Positions 16,119-25,121 of a stretch of DNA of 38,049 bases are shown here, piece by piece. The stretch lies in the IMG/VR virus record IMGVR_UViG_3300045988_016945, positions 1 to 38,049 of that record, one strand, 5' to 3'. The stretch is from a virus. A program made the translations under genes and the position numbers. Numbering within the stretch: position 1 is the first letter of the stretch; every line of letters begins with the position of its first letter. Below the pieces are notes generated by a model. That model was not told the origin of the DNA and ran no database searches. It was given only the letters and a program-made list of their open reading frames with translations.

Positions 16119-16468
16119 TTAAAGGCTCCTTCCATAACTTTACGGATTTGTTCTGTGAAGTAAGGCTCGATTTGGTGCATCATAGGACGCATAAACGGCT
16201 TACCAGGCTGATAGCGTGTGCCAAACTCTTGGAATCCACTATAAGAGGCGGCTGAATGGATGTGCGATTCTTCGCCTAAATGCCTAGTGGTGATATTAGC
16301 TCTCAAGAAACCGGTATCCACTGGCGCAAGACCTTTTGAAATTCTCTTGCCCTTCTCAGCTGAGTTTTTAAGAGCGTTTTGAGCTTGTGTTCTAACTCCT
16401 TGACTTGCTTTGTTCAAAGCAGCAGCGAGGACTGTGTCACCTCTCCACTCGATTGTGAAATTAGCCAT
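16115..16468 (-). CDS. HK97 gp10-family tail component
   Basis: FQEFGTRYQPGKPFMRP motif and synteny. Confidence 0.7.
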   Translation of the reverse strand: MANFTIEWRGDTVLAAALNKASQGVRTQAQNALKNSAEKGKRISKGLAPVDTGFLRANITTRHLGEESHIHSAASYSGFQEFGTRYQPGKPFMRPMMHQIEPYFTEQIRKVMEGAFK

Positions 16469-16769
16469 TTAGCTCACCTCTTTTCAACCTGATTGCGCCC
16501 TTAATCGGTGCGTCAATCTGTTCGATAGGGTAATACTTCTTGCCCTCATATAGAGCGTAGTCAAATGGCTTCTGCTCTTGACTGAATCGGCATATCATGA
16601 CAACGTCTGACCTGCTCCCGTAGGCTTCAAATGCACGCTGTTGGTCAATGAAGTTAACCAAACAAGGCACAATCTTACTAGACTGTGCCTTTTCTTCGTG
16701 CTTATCAGTAATTGGGTTGTAAGTCGAGACGCCCTGTTTCACTAACTTGATGCGGTGCGGTGTTTTCAT
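16461..16769 (-). CDS. Head closure / head-tail adaptor protein
   Basis: 102 aa, assigned by synteny, with translational coupling. Confidence 0.6.
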   Translation of the reverse strand: MKTPHRIKLVKQGVSTYNPITDKHEEKAQSSKIVPCLVNFIDQQRAFEAYGSRSDVVMICRFSQEQKPFDYALYEGKKYYPIEQIDAPIKGAIRLKRGELNG

Positions 16770-17113
16770 AGAAACTTCACCTTACCTTTTCGAGCTAACG
16801 AGCCATCCAGGCCGAAATCTTTATCCAGAATCTTTCTGTAAGGCTTGAACATATCATCCCAATCCTCGTAAGTGACTGAATAGCCGTCTACGTTCTCGGT
16901 TTTGACACCCTCTGAGCCCTTACGACCATAGAGCTTGTAAACAACATTTTCGATGATGAAATGATACTTTTTGTCAATCTCGGTTGTTCCAACTAGCGCT
17001 TTGAAGTAGCTCTCAGCGTCGTTGACTAGGTCTTCAATCAATTCATCCTCAAGATCGTCTTCAACGTCGATACCCAACCGACGCTTAATCTTTTCAAGTT
17101 GGATATCGTTCAT
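16766..17113 (-). CDS. Head-tail connector (gp6-like DNA-packaging protein)
   Basis: 115 aa and acidic. RBS GGAGGGGG. Assigned by synteny. Confidence 0.6.
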   Translation of the reverse strand: MNDIQLEKIKRRLGIDVEDDLEDELIEDLVNDAESYFKALVGTTEIDKKYHFIIENVVYKLYGRKGSEGVKTENVDGYSVTYEDWDDMFKPYRKILDKDFGLDGSLARKGKVKFL

Positions 17114-17114
17114 T

Positions 17115-17387
17115 TTAGACCCCCTCCGCAGCCTTTAGAAGTTCTTCTAAATCTGCTTTCTTTGCTTTGGCATCGTACTCGACACCAGCTTCATCAAGTT
17201 TTGCTTTGAGCTCTTTGACTGTAAGCTCTTTTGACGGCTCGACTTGTTCGATACCGCCTTTTTCGAGAACTTCTGCTACTCGCTCTTTTGATGGCTCGTA
17301 GCCTTCTCGTGGATACACATCCCCGACTTGATAGATATACTCGTTATCTTGCAAGTCACGGAATGTAATCTTAGCTTTATAGGTCAT
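17115..17387 (-). CDS. Hypothetical head protein with HeH/SAP-like motif
   Basis: LTVKELKAKLDEAGVEYDAKAKKADLEELL. RBS TAGGAGG. Confidence 0.65.
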   Translation of the reverse strand: MTYKAKITFRDLQDNEYIYQVGDVYPREGYEPSKERVAEVLEKGGIEQVEPSKELTVKELKAKLDEAGVEYDAKAKKADLEELLKAAEGV

Positions 17388-17400
17388 TTAAACCTCCTAA

Positions 17401-18333
17401 CTAGACTCCTACCGGTTGGATCGCTGCAAATGCTTCGTCGTTTGGAATCGCTACGGCAATTTCAAATATGGCACGGAGCGCTTGCATGTCTTGTTCAAAC
17501 AAGTGAACATCACCAGAATCAAGTGTGCCATCATTTTGGACTTTAGACAAAGTAGCTTGGTCTGCGATTTTAAGACGCAAGTTAGTGCCGTTTGGAATAC
17601 CGTAAACCAAACCATTGAAGTTACCAGTAATCAATGTACCTGCTGGGTAAGTTTGCCCATCTTGCAATTGAAGTTGAGAATATGGAAGGCCATCAAGCTC
17701 ACCGATTGCGTTAGGGTTAGCTGGTTTAGTGAAGATGTGTTGACCGCCGTTAACATTGTCCACAATCCCACGAAGTGTGCGGTTGATTGTGCGGTGACCT
17801 ACGAATGCGTTAGGTTCTTTTTCTGACTTGTCCTCAACGTCATAGATGTTGTTAAGGTTGATATCCCCAGACACGATGTTTTGAGCACGTTTAGCAGACG
17901 CCAAAACGTTGGCACCGAATGGGTTGTTATACAAACCGAGGAACGCAGCCCCGTCGATTTTCTTGTTAAACAAGTCAACAATCTTGTCCTTGATTGACTC
18001 AAAGAAGTCAGTCCAAGTGTAGTTAAGGACTTCTTCTGTCACTGGCAAGATAACTGCCAATTTACGAGATTCAAGAACGTAAGATTTAGTTTGTACTTTT
18101 GCAGTACCGATTTTTTGACCTTCACCAACGAAGTAAGCGTCTGTCAATTGACCAACTTCTACGCCTTTACGAACCATTTTACCGTTCATTTCAACTTTTT
18201 GACCAAGCTGAATAACTTTTGAAGTTTTAACGAGTTCGTCAGTGAATAGATCAGTGATTTGTTCTGATGTGACCTCTTTCCCAAGAGAATCAGACAAGAG
18301 GACTGTGTCCGGATTGAATTTTTGTTGAGCCAT
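17401..18333 (-). CDS. Major capsid protein
   Basis: 310 aa, directly after the scaffold gene. RBS AAAGGAGAG. Confidence 0.85.
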   Translation of the reverse strand: MAQQKFNPDTVLLSDSLGKEVTSEQITDLFTDELVKTSKVIQLGQKVEMNGKMVRKGVEVGQLTDAYFVGEGQKIGTAKVQTKSYVLESRKLAVILPVTEEVLNYTWTDFFESIKDKIVDLFNKKIDGAAFLGLYNNPFGANVLASAKRAQNIVSGDINLNNIYDVEDKSEKEPNAFVGHRTINRTLRGIVDNVNGGQHIFTKPANPNAIGELDGLPYSQLQLQDGQTYPAGTLITGNFNGLVYGIPNGTNLRLKIADQATLSKVQNDGTLDSGDVHLFEQDMQALRAIFEIAVAIPNDEAFAAIQPVGV

Positions 18334-18351
18334 GCGCTCTCCTTTCTTAAT

Positions 18352-18903
18352 TTAGAAATTAGTGATTTTGGCTTTGTCAAACTTGTCTTTTCCACGATGT
18401 GAACGTCCTTCCTCTCCGCCGCTTGTGCGAGGTGGTAGAGCTTTGGCTTCTTCTCGTTTCTGCAAGTTTAAGATGTTAGCCATGTTTGAAACAGCGAGCT
18501 TAGTAGCTTCCTCATCGCCTTTAACAACGAAAGCAAGCGTTGACTCATTGACGGGCACGCCTTGAGCTTCGAGCTCTTTAATAGCGATATCCTGCATTTG
18601 ACGTTGAGCGATTTGGGCTTGAAGTGCTGCAATTGTGCTCTGGGCTTCTTCGAATTCTTTATCCCGCTGTTTCTGTTGCAGCTCTTGAAGTTCTTCTTCG
18701 CTCATTTTAGCTTTAGCAACGGCTTCCTCGATTTGAGTTTGAATACCGGTTTGCATTTCAGCAATTTCAAGAGTATGTTTCTCTTCCATCTGTTTGATTC
18801 TACGCTGCATCTCAGCAACTGACACCGTCTTCTCCTCTTTTTCTGGTTGGCTAGCTTCAACCTCTTGAGGATTCTCAACTGTTTCAAGTTCTTTTTCTGC
18901 CAT
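18352..18903 (-). CDS. Scaffolding protein
   Basis: 183 aa, Glu/Gln/Ala-rich coiled coil, upstream of the capsid gene. Confidence 0.8.
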   Translation of the reverse strand: MAEKELETVENPQEVEASQPEKEEKTVSVAEMQRRIKQMEEKHTLEIAEMQTGIQTQIEEAVAKAKMSEEELQELQQKQRDKEFEEAQSTIAALQAQIAQRQMQDIAIKELEAQGVPVNESTLAFVVKGDEEATKLAVSNMANILNLQKREEAKALPPRTSGGEEGRSHRGKDKFDKAKITNF

Positions 18904-18989
18904 GATAGGCTCCTTTCTTTACGCTTTTACGAGCAACCCCCTCGAACTCATGCAGCTTTTTACGTCCTCAGCACGGTCTGGACAAGGGT

Positions 18990-19946
18990 TTACTCACCCC
19001 AAACGCCGTTAACAGCTTCTTCATCAAGAGTGCTGCCACCGGCTTTATATTCCATTTTGATATGTCCATACGCTGAACAACGACAGTTAGGGTGCATTGG
19101 GTACATGTTAACCCCTTTCTCTGCCTTGTTAATCGGTATGGCTTTTCTATCCAAAGGCTTACAGATATCGCAAGCCCCACTTTCAGCGACATAGATTAAA
19201 TGCGTGAAGTCATTTTCCTTCAACATCATCAATTCTGTATCAGCATTAATGCGAGCTATTTCGGTTTTGAGCAATCGTTGGGCGTTGGCTTGGCTTGTGT
19301 TATATTTCTTAGCTAATCGCTGCCGTTCCTGCTTAAAACCGTCCATGTCGGTGAAGATACGTGCTAGCGAGCTAAACACATCCTTCTGCATACTTGCATG
19401 AAGTCCGTTCCTGCCCCAAACTCTGCGACTAAAATTCTGTCCGTAGAAATCAGCGTCTAAGATGGCTCTCATGCGGCTTACTGCATTGACGGCAGAATTG
19501 CCCAAAATACCCGCTTGGCGCTTAAATTCGGCTAAATATTCACTCTCACGCGCTTCGTCGAAGACCTCGTTAACGTCTGATATAAGACTAGCTATTTCAA
19601 GCCTTAATTCTGCTTTGAGCAGCTCCAAGCGACTGACTTTCATTTTGAGGTTGAACAGTCTTAACCATTGGTTAGTGCCGTGTGAGAAATCTTTCTCGAC
19701 TACTGCCTTTCGTGCTCGGTCCTTGTACTCAACGACGTCGAATTCACTAGCTCGCCTCATTGCTTCGGCACGACTTAGCCCTTCTTTGTCAGCGTAGCGC
19801 ATGTAAAACCCGTTAATTTGGCTCTGCATACGGTTATAAGATGCTTGATAAAGCTCTTTTAAAACCTTGTCACGCTCTATATCACGCTTGATTAGGTCTG
19901 ATTGTGCTTTCCGTTCAGCATTGTAGCGTTCATTATTCGTCATCAT
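18990..19946 (-). CDS. Minor head protein (SPP1 gp7 / Mu F family)
   Basis: C-terminal motif CDICKPLDRKAIPINKAEKGVNMYPMHPNCRCS. The ATG at 19946 is preferred over the tracked GTG at 19955. Confidence 0.8.
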   Translation of the reverse strand: MMTNNERYNAERKAQSDLIKRDIERDKVLKELYQASYNRMQSQINGFYMRYADKEGLSRAEAMRRASEFDVVEYKDRARKAVVEKDFSHGTNQWLRLFNLKMKVSRLELLKAELRLEIASLISDVNEVFDEARESEYLAEFKRQAGILGNSAVNAVSRMRAILDADFYGQNFSRRVWGRNGLHASMQKDVFSSLARIFTDMDGFKQERQRLAKKYNTSQANAQRLLKTEIARINADTELMMLKENDFTHLIYVAESGACDICKPLDRKAIPINKAEKGVNMYPMHPNCRCSAYGHIKMEYKAGGSTLDEEAVNGVWGE

Positions 19947-21432
19947 CCTCAACACCTACAATCTGGCTAACTTCTAGATCAGTAGCCCCGCCTTCTTTGA
20001 GCAAACGGCTCTTTTCTTTGCGTGCATCGGTGAAACTAGCTGATTCCATAAGTGTTTCTTGTGAGATTTCCATGCCAGAATTGATAGCTGATTGAATCTC
20101 AGCCCATACATCCGTTGGTAAGTTCTCATGAAATGTAAATGTCAGCATGTCAGCGTCCACTGGTTCGATACCTTTGAGATTGGTAGACAGCAACTCAAGC
20201 AACTTATATCGTCGTCTAAGTGCCTTGACAAAGAACCCACGTTTGACTGCTGTAACTTGCTGCAAGTCAACGAGCTTATAGCGGATAGCGATCCCAGACG
20301 TAGCTGAGAATGTCGAGTCGTCCTGCAAATTAGGCAACCCGACGATTCGGAAGAAGTCTTTAATCAGGCGTGACTTATACGCTTCAACACCGCTCACATC
20401 GTATTGCTTGTAGATATAGCCGGCATCTAGTGACGTTTGTTGTCCGTTGTGACCGACACCACTTTCAAGAACAAGCATGTTAGCGTGTTTCATTTTCATA
20501 ATGTCAGACGCATTCATGCCGGTGCTTTCGACATCACCTTTGATAACCAACATGGCGTCATTAAGGTCTGACATATAGTTAGCCGTGTCAGATTCCGCTG
20601 CGTCGTAAGCGTCAATGATTGGAATACCTTTTTCCCAGTCCCCTGAACGCTCACGGTTATTCTGCCATTCAACCACTGGCGCCATTCCGAACGGGTTTTC
20701 TTTGCGTTCGATTTCCTGCCAGTTTGGATCATAACTAACAATTTTGCTATCTGTGTAGACTGTGACAAACATCTCGCCGTTATACACCGGGCAATGGACA
20801 GCCGCAATGATATCCTTTCGGACGTCTGCGCTACGAATAGTGAACATTTCCCTTGCGTCAATCAAGACCACTGCGGGATTGCCAAACTCGTCATAGTAAT
20901 GCAGCTCAAACGCTCGACCAAAGCGTGAAGCGTCATAGACTAACTCACGGTTAAGGGCTTCAATGTCGTTGTAAGCATTGAAATCATCAATAGCTGTCAA
21001 GTCGCTGTTAGTATCAGTGGCACCGATTGAAATAGGCTGGCCTACTGTGTATCCAGTGAAGAAACGACTAGCTTGTCCGCCCAGGTCATGCCTAATGCGG
21101 TAGTCAGCCTTTTCTGGCTCCAATCGCTTACGACCATTTAGAATCGTGTAGTTGTTCCCGTTTGAGTAGCTCTCTAGGATATTCAAGCGGTCTATCTGTT
21201 CGTCTTGAAACTGAGCTACCATCTTCTCTAACTTCTCACGTCCTTGGAACGTGTCCACTAGGTCGTCTGCTGACTGAGCCATGAAGTGCGTGTTAGCTTC
21301 TTTTGGGAAATGAAGGAAATCTTCACGTTTCTGCAAGCTAGTTGGTTCCATATCACGCTCGAATTGGTATGATCTAGGAATGTACTGGCCTTCATGTAAG
21401 ATATCGTCAGCACTATGTGTTGTGTTCGTCAT
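19933..21432 (-). CDS. Portal protein (SPP1 gp6-like)
   Basis: 499 aa, directly after TerL. RBS AAGGAGA. Confidence 0.85.
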   Translation of the reverse strand: MTNTTHSADDILHEGQYIPRSYQFERDMEPTSLQKREDFLHFPKEANTHFMAQSADDLVDTFQGREKLEKMVAQFQDEQIDRLNILESYSNGNNYTILNGRKRLEPEKADYRIRHDLGGQASRFFTGYTVGQPISIGATDTNSDLTAIDDFNAYNDIEALNRELVYDASRFGRAFELHYYDEFGNPAVVLIDAREMFTIRSADVRKDIIAAVHCPVYNGEMFVTVYTDSKIVSYDPNWQEIERKENPFGMAPVVEWQNNRERSGDWEKGIPIIDAYDAAESDTANYMSDLNDAMLVIKGDVESTGMNASDIMKMKHANMLVLESGVGHNGQQTSLDAGYIYKQYDVSGVEAYKSRLIKDFFRIVGLPNLQDDSTFSATSGIAIRYKLVDLQQVTAVKRGFFVKALRRRYKLLELLSTNLKGIEPVDADMLTFTFHENLPTDVWAEIQSAINSGMEISQETLMESASFTDARKEKSRLLKEGGATDLEVSQIVGVEDDDE

Positions 21433-21433
21433 T

Positions 21434-22714
21434 CTATCTCCTTATCAGTTTGTTAACCCGTCTTATCTTAGCGTCTACGTCCTGTCTATCTTTGACAAAA
21501 ATAAGGTTTTGTAACGCATATCTAATAGCGTCGATACAGTGGTTATAACTATCACACGGCTTGTTGATATACTCGTTTGTATGTTTATCTTTCTGCCATG
21601 TATAGTTCTCAAGCTCCTCAATCGTCTTGACGCATCTCTCATCGACAATGATGTCGAATTGCTGCAAGAACTGAATCCCTTGAAGAACTGAGCCTTTTCC
21701 CTTATCTACTGGAATAGCTCGACGCAAGCCTAGTGTTTGAAGTTCAGCAATAGACTTCTGCTCCGCTGAGTCGGCCATAAGCACCTCTTTTGAATAGCCA
21801 AGGCTAGTGATAGCTTCTGCTATCTGGTTGTTAAGCAGCCCCTTCTTAACGTATTCCTCAAGGATGTATAGCCGCTTGTTCTCTCGGTCTATTTTGACGT
21901 GCACAAATGCTGTGGGGTCGTTAGTGAAACCAAAGTCAAGACCAAAAAAGGACGGTAACTGTTTAAGCTCGTCCTTGTTAAGTAATCTCTTTTCGTATTT
22001 TGGAAAAACTAGTTTGTCGAGCGTTGCGAATTCACCCAAAGCATATATTTTGTAGTAGGCTTCGTTTCGATTTGCTAACTCCTCGATATTCTCCTTGGTC
22101 AAGTCGTCCAGGAACCGATTATCCTTGTACGTTGTTTGGTAAACCACTGTATTCTTAGGGTTCTTCACAAAGAACGCATTATATACCCAATTAGCTTTAG
22201 AAACAGGGTTAAACATCAAATAGATTTGTTTCTGCTTGTGTGCTTTATCCCTCAAACGAAGTGTCAGCTGTGTATAATCGTCAAGCGTAAACTCTGACGC
22301 TTCTTCCATAACCACGTCAGAAATGCCTTTGATAGACTTGATTTTCTCTGGGTTATCCATTCCTTTGAAAATCAGCTCAGCTCCGTTTGGTAATTCAATA
22401 CGGAATGCGCTCATGTTAACCTTGCATAGATTAAGCACACCGAAATAAGACAAGGCTGCTTGAACGTCCGCAAATACCGAGTCACGAACAGTGGAACCTA
22501 CTTTTCGCAATATCAATATCTTTCGGGGTTTGTCCCACTTTTTAAGAGCTTTGAGGACTATCTTCTGAAAAACCCCGTGGCTCTTTCCGCTTGACGCTCC
22601 ACCGTAATGTACCTCAGTGAACGTGTCATAATCAAACAAATGGTCATAGATATGCCGATTAAACACCTTGCTTGGATTGATATCAAGATTAATCGTCATT
22701 CCATTCACCGACAT
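21434..22714 (-). CDS. terL: Terminase large subunit (PBSX-type)
   Basis: Walker A YGGASSGKSHGV, Walker B-like DVVMEEASE and a C-terminal nuclease region. Confidence 0.9.
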   Translation of the reverse strand: MSVNGMTINLDINPSKVFNRHIYDHLFDYDTFTEVHYGGASSGKSHGVFQKIVLKALKKWDKPRKILILRKVGSTVRDSVFADVQAALSYFGVLNLCKVNMSAFRIELPNGAELIFKGMDNPEKIKSIKGISDVVMEEASEFTLDDYTQLTLRLRDKAHKQKQIYLMFNPVSKANWVYNAFFVKNPKNTVVYQTTYKDNRFLDDLTKENIEELANRNEAYYKIYALGEFATLDKLVFPKYEKRLLNKDELKQLPSFFGLDFGFTNDPTAFVHVKIDRENKRLYILEEYVKKGLLNNQIAEAITSLGYSKEVLMADSAEQKSIAELQTLGLRRAIPVDKGKGSVLQGIQFLQQFDIIVDERCVKTIEELENYTWQKDKHTNEYINKPCDSYNHCIDAIRYALQNLIFVKDRQDVDAKIRRVNKLIRR

Positions 22715-23132
22715 TAATATTGATATCTTGCGTTACATCGGCTTCGACCTTGTCTGTCCACATTCTATACCGTTTACCGATATCGACCGCCGCAGCTCGA
22801 CGGGTAGCAACGTTCGGCTTAGCTTGAGCAATGCGCTGCATACCTTCGCCATCGAGGACAAGCAGGGGTTCTTCAACTTCTCCGCGCATGACAGCAGTGA
22901 GAAATTCCATGACCTCTTGTTGATCCGCAACACGTTCCGACTTTAATTTTTCAAGCTGCTCGTCTATATAAGCCTTGATGTTAGCTTTGGCAAGCAGTCT
23001 GCTTCCGTTAGCTTTCGCAACATCATTGTTCTTAATATTAGGATAAGCCTTCTTATACGCTTGCGAAGCATTTAGGCTGATGATGTACTCATCGGCAAAC
23101 TTCATTTGTTTCTCGGTCATCCCATTTTCCAT
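22689..23132 (-). CDS. terS: Terminase small subunit
   Basis: MTEKQMKFADEYIISLNASQAYKKAYP is a Terminase_4-type N-terminus. It overlaps the terL start. Confidence 0.85.
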   Translation of the reverse strand: MENGMTEKQMKFADEYIISLNASQAYKKAYPNIKNNDVAKANGSRLLAKANIKAYIDEQLEKLKSERVADQQEVMEFLTAVMRGEVEEPLLVLDGEGMQRIAQAKPNVATRRAAAVDIGKRYRMWTDKVEADVTQDININVGEWNDD

Positions 23133-23260
23133 CAACTCCTTTCTGATACTGAAAAAGACAACCCACAAAGTGAGCTGTCTCTGATTTTCTTCGATAATAT
23201 AATAATACCACTTTAAACAGTTGTAAGATACCGTGCTTTATCCGTCAAAATACCGTCATT

Positions 23261-23677
23261 TCAACATTCTACAACTAATTTGCCATCTCTATACAATTCA
23301 GCAAATGCTAGGATAGCATTATTTAGCAGTTCTTGAAACGTTGTTCTCTCAAAGCCGATTCCTTGGGCGATTTGCCAGTTTGGTTTAGGTGGATAAGCTA
23401 GATATTTCTCTATCAAGATTCTGCGATAATCTGGACGATATAGCCCGCTAACTGCTTGCTCTATGGCTTCTAGCTCGTTCATTGCATCAACCCGCCTTAC
23501 TGCAATATTCTCCACAGGTCTACTTACTCCACTGCCACCTCTGGGCATAAATGTGAATTCCTGTGTTATTTTCTGCTCAGCGCTATCGTGTGCAATCTCT
23601 CGCCAGCGTGGATATTCTCGAAGTTTGCGCTTGCAACGTTTGATTGTTGCTTTTTCATCAATTTCCGGCAATAGCAT
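23261..23677 (-). CDS. arpU: ArpU-family late transcriptional regulator
   Basis: MLLPEIDEKATIKRCKRKLREYPRWREIA...ILIEKYL is ArpU-like. The internal ATG at 23677 is preferred; the 54-codon upstream extension looks non-coding. Confidence 0.75.
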   Translation of the reverse strand: MLLPEIDEKATIKRCKRKLREYPRWREIAHDSAEQKITQEFTFMPRGGSGVSRPVENIAVRRVDAMNELEAIEQAVSGLYRPDYRRILIEKYLAYPPKPNWQIAQGIGFERTTFQELLNNAILAFAELYRDGKLVVEC

Positions 23678-24032
23678 TGTTCTGCCCTCTCTGGTATAAT
23701 AGTAGTGTTGACTTTCAGAAAGTGCCGGCCATTGTGTCGGTCTTTTTTTATTTTTATCCGGCTCAAGTATTAAGAGATATGAAAAGATTGAGTTTGTGAG
23801 CCTTGGTGTCACCTCCTTCCTAGCCATCGACACCAGCAAGGTCTTTGGCTTTGTTTTTGTAACGCAATGATATCAATAAGAAAGAGGCTTTTTTCACATC
23901 CTTTTTTCTTAAATTTGCTGGGTTTTGTTTGGACAAGGTCTGTCAGCTTGTCCGGTGTTGAAAAAGTGTTAAAAAGTGTCCAAGTCACTAAAAATCTTTA
24001 TTCATTTTTTATTTTTAGTGATGACAGACAAT

Positions 24033-24075
24033 GACTGGCAAGAGGAATCGAACCTCTTATACAACCATTCCAGCC
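24033..24075 (-). ncRNA. tRNA-like minihelix B (acceptor-like stem plus T-arm, no D or anticodon arms)
   Basis: Minus strand GGCTGG-AATGGTTGTAT-AAGAGG-TTCGATT-CCTCTT-G-CCAGTC. The T-loop TTCGATT is canonical. Confidence 0.4.
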
Positions 24076-24095
24076 TGCGATATAGAAATCATCTT

Positions 24096-24116
24096 GGAGG
24101 TTTTCCTCCTTTTTTT
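24096..24116 (+). terminator. Plus-strand rho-independent terminator inside minus-strand territory
   Basis: GGAGG-tttt-CCTCC followed by TTTTTTT on the plus strand. Confidence 0.55.
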
Positions 24117-24371
24117 GAAATAATACAAGAATAAAGTAGTGTGAATTATGGAGATTTCTGACCTATATCTAATTAAGTGTGCAGGCATAAAGCCTTGAAT
24201 AATCACGCCACCAGCAATGCGCTTTAGATTGGTAAACGAAATAAAAAAGGTTCCTCGATTCTAATTGTTTATTTACTGGATTTGGTTGCATCCACGACCA
24301 GTCACGCTTCAGCGATTTGAATGAAAAAATACAAAAGGATTCCTCTTTTCCGTATATAGATTGACTGGTAA

Positions 24372-24413
24372 TAGCTAGCAAGGGAGTCGAACCCTCATAA
24401 ACCGTTCTAGCTA
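24372..24413 (-). ncRNA. tRNA-like minihelix A (paralogue of B)
   Basis: Minus strand TAGCTAG-AACGGTTTAT-GAGGG-TTCGACT-CCCTT-G-CTAGCTA. The 5' stem strand includes the TAG stop codon of the upstream ORF. Confidence 0.4.
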
Positions 24414-25121
24414 CACGCCTAACGCATAGGCTGTATAAAGAGCTTTTCTGACCGTGGTCTTCTCACGTCCTACCCTGCCTTTGTTACGATATTCTAGGGT
24501 TATGCGATCAACTTCATCGTCCAACCTCTCGCTCCATTCATAGTTATTAAATACATAATCAATAATCTCACTAAATAACCCTCTCGAAAGTAGCCCTTCC
24601 ATTTGAATAGCTTTCAAAGGCGTTAGAGCAGCTTTTTCCGCATAGCACACATTAAGGGCGTTTTGGGTTCTGTTAGCATTTTTCTGGTCGCAGTCCTTAA
24701 CGTCTCTAATATAGTTGTTTAGGTTGTTAGGGTGTTCCTTGCGTAGTTCTTCCACTTCCTCTTGAAATCGCTTAAACAAGTTTTCTGGCAGTCCTGCGTT
24801 GATTTTATCCAAAACCGGTTTAGTGGTTTTCCCTCTTGTATAGTGCGTAGACAGATAGTCTTGGAGGTCGTCGAACAGTTCATCAGAAATGATGCCTTCT
24901 AGTCTGTCGACAGTCGCTGGCGATATCCTCGCACGCTCAACAACCGCACTGTTAAACGCTTGATAAATGATGCGGGCTTGCAATTCACTGCATTGTTTCA
25001 CATCTTGGAAAAACTGCTTATAAGAGCCCTTTTGGTGTGCTTTTCTAAGCTCTGCATGTTCATCAACCAGTCTCTGATACAGCTCTGGTGTCAGTCCGGA
25101 ATGTTTGTATTTCACGCTCAT
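24411..25121 (-). CDS. Hypothetical protein with an internal two-fold domain duplication, 236 aa
   Basis: ATGA overlap with the yopX stop. The two halves align: LTPELYQRLVDEHAELRKAHQKGSYKQFFQDVKQC against LPENLFKRFQEEVEELRKEHPNNLNNYIRDVKDC. Confidence 0.75.
   Translation of the reverse strand: MSVKYKHSGLTPELYQRLVDEHAELRKAHQKGSYKQFFQDVKQCSELQARIIYQAFNSAVVERARISPATVDRLEGIISDELFDDLQDYLSTHYTRGKTTKPVLDKINAGLPENLFKRFQEEVEELRKEHPNNLNNYIRDVKDCDQKNANRTQNALNVCYAEKAALTPLKAIQMEGLLSRGLFSEIIDYVFNNYEWSERLDDEVDRITLEYRNKGRVGREKTTVRKALYTAYALGV

Noticed and set aside
23678-23839. N-terminal 54-codon extension of the ArpU ORF, with similar extensions at 2888-2983, 34333-34395, 25122-25193 and 23133-23168
   Set aside because: The internal starts have proper RBSs or stop-start coupling and give family-typical N-termini. 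The extensions are low-complexity or overlap upstream genes.
24169-24381. Tracked 70-aa minus-strand ORF in the early/late junction
   Set aside because: It has no RBS, its composition is Trp/Cys/Tyr-rich and atypical, and it spans predicted hairpins.
24323-24381. A TTGCTA-17-TATATA promoter followed at once by a weak hairpin plus U-run, as a lambda PR'/tR'-style antitermination unit
   Set aside because: The predicted start would fall inside the hairpin 5' arm, and the stem has only two G:C pairs. The motif is mentioned in the junction finding but is not called as a terminator.
24033-24413. Genuine tRNA genes, or a tRNA 3' half plus 5' half, at the GGTTCGA-containing sites
   Set aside because: No D-arm or anticodon arm can be folded upstream of either T-arm. 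One acceptor-like 5' strand would start with A or T, and there is no CCA in the correct register. They are reported as tRNA-like minihelices instead.
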